A stretch of DNA of 64,000 bases, taken from Anthoceros angustus. Taxonomy: Eukaryota; Plantae; Anthocerotophyta. Below the pieces are notes generated by a model, which saw nothing but the letters and a program-made list of their open reading frames with translations, made no database searches and was not told the DNA's origin. Position 1 is the first letter of the stretch, and every line of letters begins with the position of its first letter. The stretch spans positions 186,001-250,000 of the forward strand of contig VJWM01000172.1 of assembly GCA_010909165.1 (NCBI GenBank), given 5' to 3'. A program made the position numbers and the translations under genes. Below are positions 1 through 10,783 of the stretch, in pieces.

Positions 1-756
1 GATGTGTGCTTGATGATGTGCAGGGTGGGGTTGCAACGGTCTGAGGCAGGGGATGTGCATGATCCTTGAGTCCAATGCTGTGTTGGGTATTAACGATGGC
101 TGCACTCGTGGGCTGGGAGCAGGGAGTGTGTGCTCGCCGTAGCCCTCCTCGGCAGGAGAATGGCTGCCGAGAGCATGCTGGTGCAGCAGGGAAGGTGATG
201 AAGATGGAGGAGCAGGTGCTGGGGTTAGGGCAACGGACGGACGTCCATGGTTGCACTGAATGAATGTGGCAATGCTGCAGTATGTGTGCTCGGGCTTGAG
301 ACCTGAGAGAGCTGCTGGGGCCCTGTGATGAGATGGGCTCGAGGATGGTGTGCTCATCTGTTGTCGGAGAAGAACCTTGTGCTTTCATAACAGCAGATAA
401 GGATAAGGTGCCTGTCTGATTTGATAAGGGTCATGCTCGTTTTTCGATCCTCTCCTTCTCTGAAGGTGTGTGTTCTGATGGGGGATTGGCTGTAACAGGT
501 TGCCGCCTCGAACAGAGAGTCAGAGTGAAGTGGAAGGACACACAGTTCCTGGTGGTAGTGTGAGATGGCGTGCTAGAGGTAGAGGCAGAAGATGTTTGGT
601 CCTTCATATCTATTTCGACAACCATTTTCCTGGAGGGATGGTCCGTAAGGAAATAGATGCGATTGGGTCTTGCTCAACTAGCCATGTTTGGCAAATCGTG
701 GAGACTTATTGCTTGCTTATGAGACGAGCCTCTTGTTGTCAGTGACTGTTGTCCAG

Positions 757-1100
757 TTTGATGAATATGAATAAGGAACAGACTTCGTTCCTCAATTGGT
801 TCTATTTGGCAAATCAATTTGGGAGCTTTGATCTCGTCTTCAATTCTGTGTACATCCAAGGCACTTTGAGCTGGGCACTGGGATTTGGAATACCAGCAGC
901 CGCCATCAATCTGAGAGGTCTGGGAGGTTTTGTGTCATGCTTAATTCTGGTGTACATCCTAGACAATGTGAGCTGGGCATTGGGATTCGGAATACCACAA
1001 CGGCCATGTGAATTGTACTGTCTGACGTCATACAGACATCAGGAGGGGGCAGCCCTTTGACCAGGATTGCCCAGGTCATTGTTGTTGCGGTGAGAAAGTA
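757..1100 (+). pseudogene. NPF/PTR (NRT1) transporter gene fragment, frameshifted, with an internal duplication
   Basis: Translates to QFDE..(frameshift)..SFLNWFY..VYIQGTLSWALGFGIP, then again VYILDNVSWALGFGIP, then after another frameshift GSPLTRIAQVIVVAVRK*. These are NPF-family motifs; the rest of the gene is not seen. Confidence 0.8.
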
Positions 1101-1257
1101 GGGAGGTGTCTTCCGCTAAACTTTTGGATCAGGTGTGAGAAGATGAGTCATACAAGAGGAAAAGAAAACTTTACGTAAAAAATAGATTGGGAAAAATCCA
1201 CCCACCCCAAAAACAAAGGGAAAAAACCTAACATCCTTCGAAACCTCAGCGTGCAGT

Positions 1258-1338
1258 CTGCCCTTCACCTCCTCCACCCGAGTGTGTGTGAAGAGCTGCC
1301 CTTCACCTCCTCCACCCGAGTGTGTGTGAAGAGCTGCC
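1258..1338. repeat. 38-bp direct tandem repeat x2
   Basis: CTGCCCTTCACCTCCTCCACCCGAGTGTGTGTGAAGAG at 1258 and 1296, plus a partial third copy. Confidence 0.9.
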
Positions 1339-2697
1339 ATGTATGTCAATGGCAGGCTTGTCCATGAATCTGAAATGGAGCGAATGTGATCTGATTCCGT
1401 GAAAACTACTTGATCAACATAATAGCAACTGAGCAACAACACGAGCACAAGGAGGACAGACTTACCTGAACTGTAGGGTATGTTTCAAGCTTTCTGCGTG
1501 CCTGCTCGTCCTTTTATGATCGTGGGGGGCACTACTTTTATGATCGTGGGGGCTAGTCCGCTGGCATGGTGCCCTTGAGCTTGTGATGGGGACATTTGCC
1601 ATGGTGGCAGGATAGAAGACATCAGCCTCTTCTCTGACAAGCATTTGGAGTTATTCTCGCACCTCCAATCTCTTGGTTTCGCATCACCATGTCCAAGGAT
1701 CAGTACTCAGCATCAGTTCCAAAGACTGCATCGCTTTATGGGTTGGGTGAAAGTACTCGTCATGATGGCCTTCGACTTACTCCATGGCAGAACCTGCGTT
1801 GTGGGCTGTGCAGATAATGCCAGCTTATCCATAGAAATCGATATGCTTGGGGCTTTCCCCTTCTAGCTGGATGTAAGAGACCCATTGCGTCCTTCTCGTG
1901 AACAGCGATGCTACGAACACTACATACATATGGGAATGACTCCTTAACCTATCGGGTTATGGGAGGCGTCCTGGGCTTGTAATACTTCGCGGGCCCTTCC
2001 CGTTTGTCACTGGTTTCTCAATAGGTACACTGATCATGCAGTAGGAAGGCCCGCACTCATGCCCCACAGATTCTTCGTTCCTCCATTACAGCGCGGCAGA
2101 GTCATGTACTCATTCACCTTGCTCTTCCCCAGCGTTGATGCAAGAAACTAACAATATTACCCTCAAGTCCCCCCAAATTCAGTGATTTGCCGACACTGCA
2201 CCCGCATCCTCTCCTGGCTCCTGAAGTGTCGGCATGTCGCCAAAGCTCCAAACCCAGCCGTCGTTTTGGACCGCCAGCCTGCGCAGCTCACGACATGCAA
2301 GGAGAAGGTGGACAGAGTGCGGCTGCCACAGTTAGCATGAGTTACGGCATTGTGCAGTGGACTCGAAGCCATGGCTAGCAGTGCGTGTCCTATCCAGCTT
2401 CTGGCGCTGTGCTGTGCGAGTTGCCGCAGATCAGACAGCGGAGCGGAATTAGGGTTACGGCGTTGCCGAGCAGCGGTTCAACGAGGGGCGAGCAGGTGTC
2501 CGCCATGACTCCCCTGTGCATGTTGCCACAGGAAGACGAACCAAGGATGAACCAGGTGAGGAAGGTGGCAGGAGAGCGGGCAGGTGTACGCCGCCACGAA
2601 TCCCCTCGTGCATGCTTCTCCAGGCAGAAGGATCGGGGATGAACCAGGAGGACGGATCAAGGATTGTGAATCAAGGATGAACCTGGAGCGCGCACGC

Positions 2698-2834
2698 ATC
2701 AAGGATGGACCAGGAATTCGAATCAAGGATGGACCAGGAATTCGAATCAAAGATGAACCAGGAATTCGAATCAAGGATGAACCAGGAATTCGAATCAAGC
2801 ATGAACCAGGAATTCGAATCAGGATGAACCAGGA
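2698..2834. repeat. 24-bp minisatellite x5.7
   Basis: Unit ATCAAGGATG(A/G)ACCAGGAATTCGA at 2698, 2722, 2746, 2770 and 2794, partial at 2818. GGATGAACCAGG-like motifs also occur at ~2545, ~2637 and ~2860. Confidence 0.95.
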
Positions 2835-3176
2835 AAGGGTGAACCTAAGAAAACGAAAAGGATGAACCAGGAAGACGAACCAAACATTCAATCAGTATGG
2901 CTATCCTTGAAGTGGGTTGATGTTTACCATTCAGGTACTTCGGATTGTTTTGTTTTACACCTTTACAAGCAACCGCTTGCTCCCGTTACTGTCCGCTGCA
3001 TTCATGAGCCGCCCGCTCCACCTGCGATTCTATGCCACTTGATTTTCTTTTAACTGTCCCAAATCTATCTTAATGTCTAACTTATCTTTACTTATCATAT
3101 GTATATATAGTATACTACATATATACACATCATATACATATTCATGATATCAGACACATGGATTCTATTATTCATC

Positions 3177-3266
3177 ATGGCACATACGTGCATACCATCA
3201 TCCACCATGGTACATACGTGCATACCATCATCCACCATGGCATATATGTGTATACCATCATCCACA
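3177..3266. repeat. 30-bp tandem repeat x3
   Basis: ATGGCACATACGTGCATACCATCATCCACC and two variants. Confidence 0.9.
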
Positions 3267-6119
3267 ATCCTAGGGCATGACTATCATCCCACAATCCTGC
3301 CATCCATGAGCATGACTATCATCCAGCCATCTCAAGAAACATCCTACTTCATGCCATGATATTTTCTTGTGTTAGGTTCCTGATCCGACTTTGCAACAAA
3401 GCTAAGAAGCGGATTACTTGTTATGAAAATATATATTTTATTTAAAAGTTTTTAAAAATAGAAATATTATAGCAGATTATAACGAAACTATACTAATTAT
3501 ATCCCAAAAACTAATCTTGGACTGATTCCTCTAGTCGCACGTACGAACTACATGTATGCAAGTATAGGCTCGAGCCAAAATCCAATTCTACTCAAGTTTA
3601 ACTCAAGTTGTACTACCAGTTTACTTAACTTACCATCTTTGATCCAAGGCTTCTTACTTTCTAGGTTTCTATCGGTTTCGACATGAAAATTTGACCTAAG
3701 GTATAAATTTATATAATAGATTTTTGATCTCTAATAAAAATATCAAATAACATCTTTTTCCTCTTACTTTTATATTCATTTATCTTCTTTTATATTTGTG
3801 CTTCTTAACATCATCTTTCACCTTCTTTTTTAGTCTTTTAAGGGTTCAGGGTTCTTTCTTCGGTTACAAAAGATCCTTCTTCTTAACCTTTCAAGGTTGC
3901 AATGTATTGCCATTATACAAGATCCTTAAAGGATCTTTGAGGGCTTTAAAGTTTACATTGAGGGCTTGATCTGGGGTCGTTCACAAGCACTACCATAACA
4001 TCTAACAGTTGGCATTATTGAGAATAGCATTGTTTCCAACTTGGATAATGTTTGCTTGGAAATCCAATTGCGAGTCAATTAAGATCTCGAGTTTATTACA
4101 AGGATGATCCTGCTCTCACTAAATATAGTCACCGTCTTTAGGCTACTTAACCAAACGAGATCCTTCTGCGTATTCCATTTAGATTTCAAACTCAGATCAA
4201 AGACGTTTATAATACGATGGCTTCACTCGGCTAATACGATGACATTAGCCGAAGAAATGGTTATCCGTTCATTAAGCCAGTCGGGTCCTTAGATGGTGAA
4301 ATAGTCACCCATTCACATTAGCTATGGTTTACCTATTATGTCCAATAAAATTTTCCTAATTTAAAACCAAGATCCTATACTAGCAAGGGTCATATGCGTG
4401 GTAAGTTTTTATTAAGGAAAGAGGAGGTGGGTAAATCCATCTGGTCATTTGTGAATATTGGGGGTGGTCACCACCTGAAACAAAACCAAAAGGAAGGACT
4501 GACTGGTGAATAAAAACTTCTGGAAGTGTGAAACCGAAACAACCCTTTACATAGGTATAATATTTTAATATTTTAAATAAATCTATGTGATTTTTTTAAT
4601 ATTCAATAAAACGCCATGCCCCTTCCCCGGTCCGTAGCTTCTTCCCCTGACCCTGCCACGTTAGTGTTGACCCGAGGCTCTATAGGGTGCAGCGACGACA
4701 ATAATTCTGCCCTCAATTTCAAGATCATCATGGCAACCTCATCTCCTTCTTGCGAGTACGAATTCAGAAGTGACTTTGTCGGGATCCAATGTCCCCGGGA
4801 GAGCATGACCTGGGAACCCATACTGGTGACGCAGATGAGGATACAGAGTCTGTGCTATGTCATCCTGCGACCCCGCCGCCTGTGCAACAAAGCTTGGCAA
4901 CGCTGGGGTTCTACATCCATTGTCGCTTTCCCATCGGATGAGGAGATTGAGGCTTGGTTGGGGGGGGGGCTCTTTGGTTGCTGTTCCATTTTGACCCACC
5001 GTTTACAATTGCAGGCAATCCCGAAGCACTTCACAGAAGCCCAAAATCTACTTATTTAATGACCCTTCCACTCTGGCCTATCAAGGCTGGCTCAATGATC
5101 AGCTTTGTGCTGTAACCCATCTGATGTTTGCAGCTGATGACAAATGACTGAAGTCTTTGGAGGGGCCCTTCCTTTTTTGAAACAAGAAATTTCAACTTGT
5201 ATGAGTTTATAATTTTATTTTGAACAAAAACATATATTGATATTTTATATATCGCTAATATATTGAATAAATACGATATTATACCTTGATATATAATTTT
5301 ATAATACATTGTAAATCATAAATAAAAAGAAAAGATCACGAAAAAATATTATGATTATAACAGGTTTGCACATGCAGACCCTATTCATATAGAGAAAGAA
5401 AACATGGACAGCCCAAGGCTAACCTACGCCCATACCGGGATGTTATTGTTGCTGTTGCATCTCATGCTGCCCCTCCCACGCTAGCAGCTCGATCCCTAGC
5501 AAAGCCTAAAAATCTTTGCAACAATGTGCTACCGCCTGTATGTACCATCGGTGCAAAGAGATTCGACCCTTCGAAGGATTGAATCCACTCCCGATGTGTA
5601 GCCGGGAGATTGGATCTAGCAGTGTGCGCCTCCCCTTCACGCCGAGGTAGACGCATCTGCTCGAATTGAGGTGTGTGCACACCAACATATTTTCGGCCCT
5701 TACCATTTTGCATTTTTCAATTTTTGACCACTCATTTCAGTATTTTTTTTAAAGATTCAGCGTTTGCATTGGTTAATTAATTTCTGTCAAAAATCGTTGG
5801 CTCTTATGGTAGATATATATTTTAAACTATTTATCGAAGTCCCTTATTGGGAGTTTTTTTAATCTGGAGTAACCTCTTAGGACACTAACAATTGGTCGGC
5901 TGGCCCATACATTGCAGACCTATAAAAGGTGGACCCACATGACTTGGAGGTGGGGAATGGGTGGCACCCCACTCGAACACGGATTCGTCCCAAGGACCGT
6001 GGAATTGGGAATTGGGTGGCACCCCAGCCGAACACTGATTTCTACCAAGAACGCTTAACTGTGGAGTTCTAATGAATCCATGTGTGGATGTGAGTGCTCA
6101 AAGGCAGGACAAGGTTACC

Positions 6120-9100
6120 TTTGACCTAGGGAAATATTTTATTGAGGTGAAAAACGATGGGAAAAGCCCATCTAGGAGGGGACAACCAAAGAGGACCAGG
6201 GGTCAAGGTGAAGAGGAGCAAATAAGCTCCCTACCTAAAGTCACCCTCTTGCACCCCACAATGTCATATGCGGGAAGAATAAGCGGCACGCAAACCACGG
6301 AGGTAGAGGAAGATCGTCACCTCACGCCGCCTTGTGGAGGATCGCCGTTGAGGCGCCGTTGAAGGGCAATTGAAACCCGTTGTCGGAAGTATCTTTGTAC
6401 GAGAGGCGACCCAGCGTGTCGTGCATGGTAAGCTTTGTACGGACTTGACAAATTTGTCAAAGTCCTCGACCATTACTTATCGTTTCTAGTGCAAGCGGAA
6501 TAAAGAGGTGGCCCGCTTGCATCCCGCAATATTTGCGGACCTTGAGCATTGCTCGTGACGACAACACGGCGGTTAGTGATGACTGGCGGAGATGGTGTCT
6601 CGTGTAGGATCGGTAACCACCACATACGCCACACAGTACGCCACGGACAAAAGTGCAGTCGGCCGGATTGAGCGACATGCGGAGTATACATCCGCTCCCT
6701 CCATGCCATGTAGCCGCTTTCGCGGCGATGGCGAACATGTTTATCGCGGATGGCGTCGTGAGTGGCAATGCGATGACTCGAGGGACAACGAGCAAGGTGT
6801 ACCCCGTAATCATCGAGGCGAGCCGCACTGCAAGTAAGGAGCGAAGAAGCCACGGTGGGCGGGCCAGACGGAATCGCATCGCGATGGTGAAGGTGGTTGG
6901 TGCGATGTGAAACCCGTATGCATGGGCGGGCCAATAGCCAAGCACTGCGCCTTCCCGAGAACAAGGCGGGCCGCGCCTTGTGGACTGGGATGGAGGGGTC
7001 TGGAGGCGGGGCGGAAAGCTGGCGGCTTCTCGGCGAGATGCACCACCTGAAACCATCGGTAATAAATGTCGAGAAAGGAGGGAAGTCCTTGAGCATCCCG
7101 ATAACATGTCCCTAGCTTGCCTCAAGGGCGTTTGGAGAGAAGGTTCCCTCCTCCACACGTCGAGATCCTCGAAAGAAGGGCTGTCATGGAGGATGAACCG
7201 AGAAGCCAAAGCGAGGCGGAGGGCCCAGCGCGAAAGCAGGGAAGAGACCTCCAGCGAGCGGAACTGTGCCTCAAATTGCAGTGGGGCCGCTTGCAGTGAG
7301 CGGATGCGCCACCCACCGCCGCCGCCTTGTGGAGGATCGCTGCTGAGAGCGCCTGCTGAAGGGCAATTGAAACCCGTTGTCGGAAGTATGCGCCGTGAAG
7401 TACGAGAGGGACACGCATCGGTTCACGTGCATGGTAAGCGGTGACTTGACAAATTTGTCAAAGTCCTCGCCCATTGCCCCATACGCTTCTAGTGCAAGCG
7501 GAATAAAGAGGTGGCCCGCTTGCATCCCGCAATATTTGCGGACCTTGAGAGCCGCCCGGCAGCCCAACCCGGACGCTAGTGATGACCGAGCGAGATGGTG
7601 TCTCGTAGGATCTGAACCACCACATCTCGCCATCAAACCGGTCGCCACGACAAGGTGTGTCACCGATTGAACGACTTGAGAGTATACATCCGCCTCCATG
7701 CCATGTAGCCGCGATGGCGAACATGACATCGCGGATGGCGCCGTGAGTGGCAATGCGATGACTCGAGGGACAACGAGCAAGGTGTACCCCGTAATCATCG
7801 AGGCGAGCCGCACTGCAAGTAAGGAGCGAAGAAGCCACGGTGGGCGGGCCAGACGGAATCGCATCGCGATGGTGAAGGTGGTTGGTGCGATGTGAAACCC
7901 GTATGCATGGGCGGGCCAATAGCCAAGCACTGCGCCTTCCCGAGAACAGGCGGGCCGCGCCTTGTGGACTGGGATGGAGGGGTCTGGAGGCGGGGCGGAA
8001 AGCTGGCGGCTTCTCGGCGAGATGCACCACCTGAAACCATCGGTAATAAATGTCGAGAAAGGAGGGAAGTCCTTGAGCATCCCGATAACATGTCCCTAGC
8101 TTGCCTCAAGGGCGTTTGGAGAGAAGGTTCCCTCCTCCACACGTCGAGATCCTCGAAAGAAGGGCTGTCATGGAGGATGAACCGAGAAGCCAAAGCGAGG
8201 CGGAGGGCCCAGCGCGAAAGCAGGAAGAGACCTCCAGCGAGCGGAACTGTGCCTCAAATTGCAGTGGGGCCGCTTGCAGTGAGCGGATGCGCCACCCACC
8301 GCCGCCTTGTGGAGGATCGCTGAGAGCGCCTGCTGAAGGGCAATTGAAACCCGTTGTCGGAAGTATGCGCCGTGAAGTACGAGGGACACGACCGCGGTTA
8401 CGCAGCATGGTAAGCGGGGCATGTGACTTGACAAATTTGTCAAAGTCCTCACCATTGCCCCATACGCTTCTAGTGAATAAAGAGGTGGCCCGCTTGCATC
8501 CCGCAATATTTGCGGACCTTGAGAGCCGCCCGGCAAAATTTCAACCCGGACTGCTAGTGATGACCGAGCGAGATGGTGTCTCGTGTAGGATCGGTAACCA
8601 CCACATCCGCCATCAAACCGGTCGCCACGACAAGGTACACCGATTGAACGACCAGACGGAGAGTACATCCGCCTCCTCCATGCCATGTAGCCGCGATGGC
8701 GAACATGACATCGCGATGGATGGCGTGAGTGAGTGGCAATGCGATGACTCGAGGGACAACGAGCAAGGTGTACCCCGTAATCATCGAGGCGAGCCGCACT
8801 GCAAGTAAGGAGCGAAGAAGCCACAGTTGGAGCAGCCCACGGAATCGCATCGCAGAGTGAAGGTGGTTGGTGCGATGTGAAAACCCCTGTATGCATGGGC
8901 CAACAGCCAAGCACCGCGCCTTCCTGAACAAGAGCGAGCCGAGCCGCCTTGTGGACTGGGATGGAGGGGTCCCGGAGGGCGATCGAAAGCCCGCCGAGCC
9001 GCTTCGAGCAGATGCCTCGCAACCCCTCAAAACCATCAATGTCGAAAGGAGGGAAGTCCTTCCGAGCATCCACCGATAACATGTCCCTAGCTTGCCTCAA

Positions 9101-10195
9101 GGACGCTTTGGAGAGAGAAGGTTCCTCCTCCACACTGAGCACGAGATCCTCCGTAAAGGGCCTGTCATGGAGGATGAACCGAGAAGCCAAAGAGAGGGCC
9201 CAACCGCCTGAAAGCCGCCGGGAAGAGACCTCCAAGAGTGCACTGCCTCCAAATTGCATGTAGGGACGCTGCTGGGCTGACGCCCATAGGGCACTCAAAA
9301 GCCCAGGCCGGGATGTCCCCGAGTATCCATAATCTTCCTATCAAAGCGGTAGGGACAAAAGTGTCGGGGAGGCGTGTCTGGATGAGGTAACGGGCGCCTA
9401 GCAAAGCAGGAGGAAAGAATTCCAAAGGCCACTGTGCATCCTCCAAAGAAAGGGAGGTCCTCGACATGGGGAGGTCCTCGACATGGGAGAGGTCTCTGAG
9501 AGCCCGTCCAGAAGCTCCCGATGAAGTCGAGGAAGAGGGACCCCTAGAATCCAGGGCCAGGAGCAATCTCCCCAGTGAAATTGCAAAGTAGGTAGAATCC
9601 CGGCGGAGACGGACAGCACTTGGGCGGCTTGACCTTCAAGCCCACCAGAAGCTCATGAGAGAAGAGCTCAAAGGCCTCCTTAACTTTGTCCCTGTGCCCG
9701 AGGATGTGAGAGTCGTGCAGTGAAGGAAGACACGATCAGGAGGCGGCCCTAGAAAGGGCCCTATAGTGAGCAATGGCGAAGAGAGCACCGCCTAGGGGGT
9801 CGCCTTGCACACTGGCCGATTCAAGGCAGAGGCAGCAAATCCACGAAGAGCGTTCTTGTCTTTGGTAGTAGAGGTTGGAGGACCTCCGTAGAAACCGGAC
9901 AAAAGGTATAAGGCTCCCAGGCGCCGATCCCTAAGCTCCTCGAAGATGGCCTAGAGATGGTATTGAAGGCGTTCTCGACATCAACTGCTAAGACCACCCA
10001 CTCGGGTGGGTATCAAGGCATGCCTTCACTCCAAGCACCACGGACTCACGGCCCCGGGTGGCAATGCCAAATTGAAGGGGTTGAGGTCTTCTTGAAGAAG
10101 GCGGCCGAAGGGCAATAGTCTTGGTGAGTAGTCGCATGAAGGCTTCGCCGACCGCGAGTGGACGCACGCCCAGTATGACCTAGGTATGTTGTGGC
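6120..10195 (-). mobile_element. 5'-truncated CRE-like non-LTR retrotransposon (RT + Zn knuckle + restriction-like endonuclease), broken reading frame
   Basis: Minus strand, in order: GVRPLAVGEAFMR (~10170), VDVENAFN (~9980), VQGDPLGG (~9800), LLTCSAARLDDYGVHLARC..HDAIRD, LKVRKY..HLFIPLALE and FRQRVSIALQQAL. The 3' UTR has a hairpin at 6156-6172 and AATAAA at 6138-6143. Confidence 0.85.
6323..9290 (-). repeat. Three tandem ~985-bp copies of the retroelement C-terminal module
   Basis: The anchor GCCGCCTTGTGGAGGATCGC..GAAGGGCAATTGAAACCCGTTGTCGGAAGTAT recurs at ~6325, ~7321 and ~8303. ORF-track peptides repeat accordingly. Confidence 0.9.
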
Positions 10196-10783
10196 TCATG
10201 CGTTGAGTTCGTTATAACGGGTCCTTTATGTAAAGCCCAAATATTTCTCTAAAAAAAAAAACGCCACGCTTATGATATAGGTATTAGAGGTATGCCCTAA
10301 TATGAATTGCGCAGATCTTATAACCATTGGTAATAATAACACTACCAAGTCGATGCTTACAGTAACCCGACTGATGCGAATTAAAATAACAAATGCGTTG
10401 GTCACGCGTGGCAGAGAGTGTCCGCCTACAGAGCAAGCTGGTTGGAAACGGGGATCCCAGATGTCTGTCGCCTCGCCTCATGACATCTCCCAGCCGGAGC
10501 TCAGGTGCAGTAAGATGCGCTGAAATCCTTTGTTTCTTGTAGTTTAGATCTTATCTGCAAGAATTCCAGCTGGAAGAAATGCGGGGAGCAGAAGCTGATT
10601 GCTGAGAATGTGGGCTCTTTCTGCTTTGCACAGCACCGCGGAGGTAGCGAGCTGATCAAGATTTCAGCTAGGCTTGGAGGAACCAAGCGGATCAGGATTT
10701 CAGCCAGGATAGAGGAGCCAGGTGGAAGTGCAGCTCAGCGTTGGTGCTGAGGTGGCCTGCGGGGCACTGGAGCAGCGTCCAAC

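Noticed and set aside
1100-2640. Short ORFs and exon-like pieces at 1.1-2.6 kb (also 3.4-5.9 kb and 53.6-55.1 kb)
   Set aside because: No recognisable motifs and frequent stops; probably decayed TE or intergenic DNA that I cannot classify.
2698-2834. CRISPR-like appearance of short repeat arrays (also 24233, 55340, 60286)
   Set aside because: Units are contiguous without unique spacers, there are no cas genes, and the context is eukaryotic.
5920-6045. TATA-like CTATAAAAG, GGACCCAC and two GGGTGGCACCC palindromes beside the retroelement 3' end
   Set aside because: No downstream gene or recognisable element to tie them to; could be chance or a remnant.
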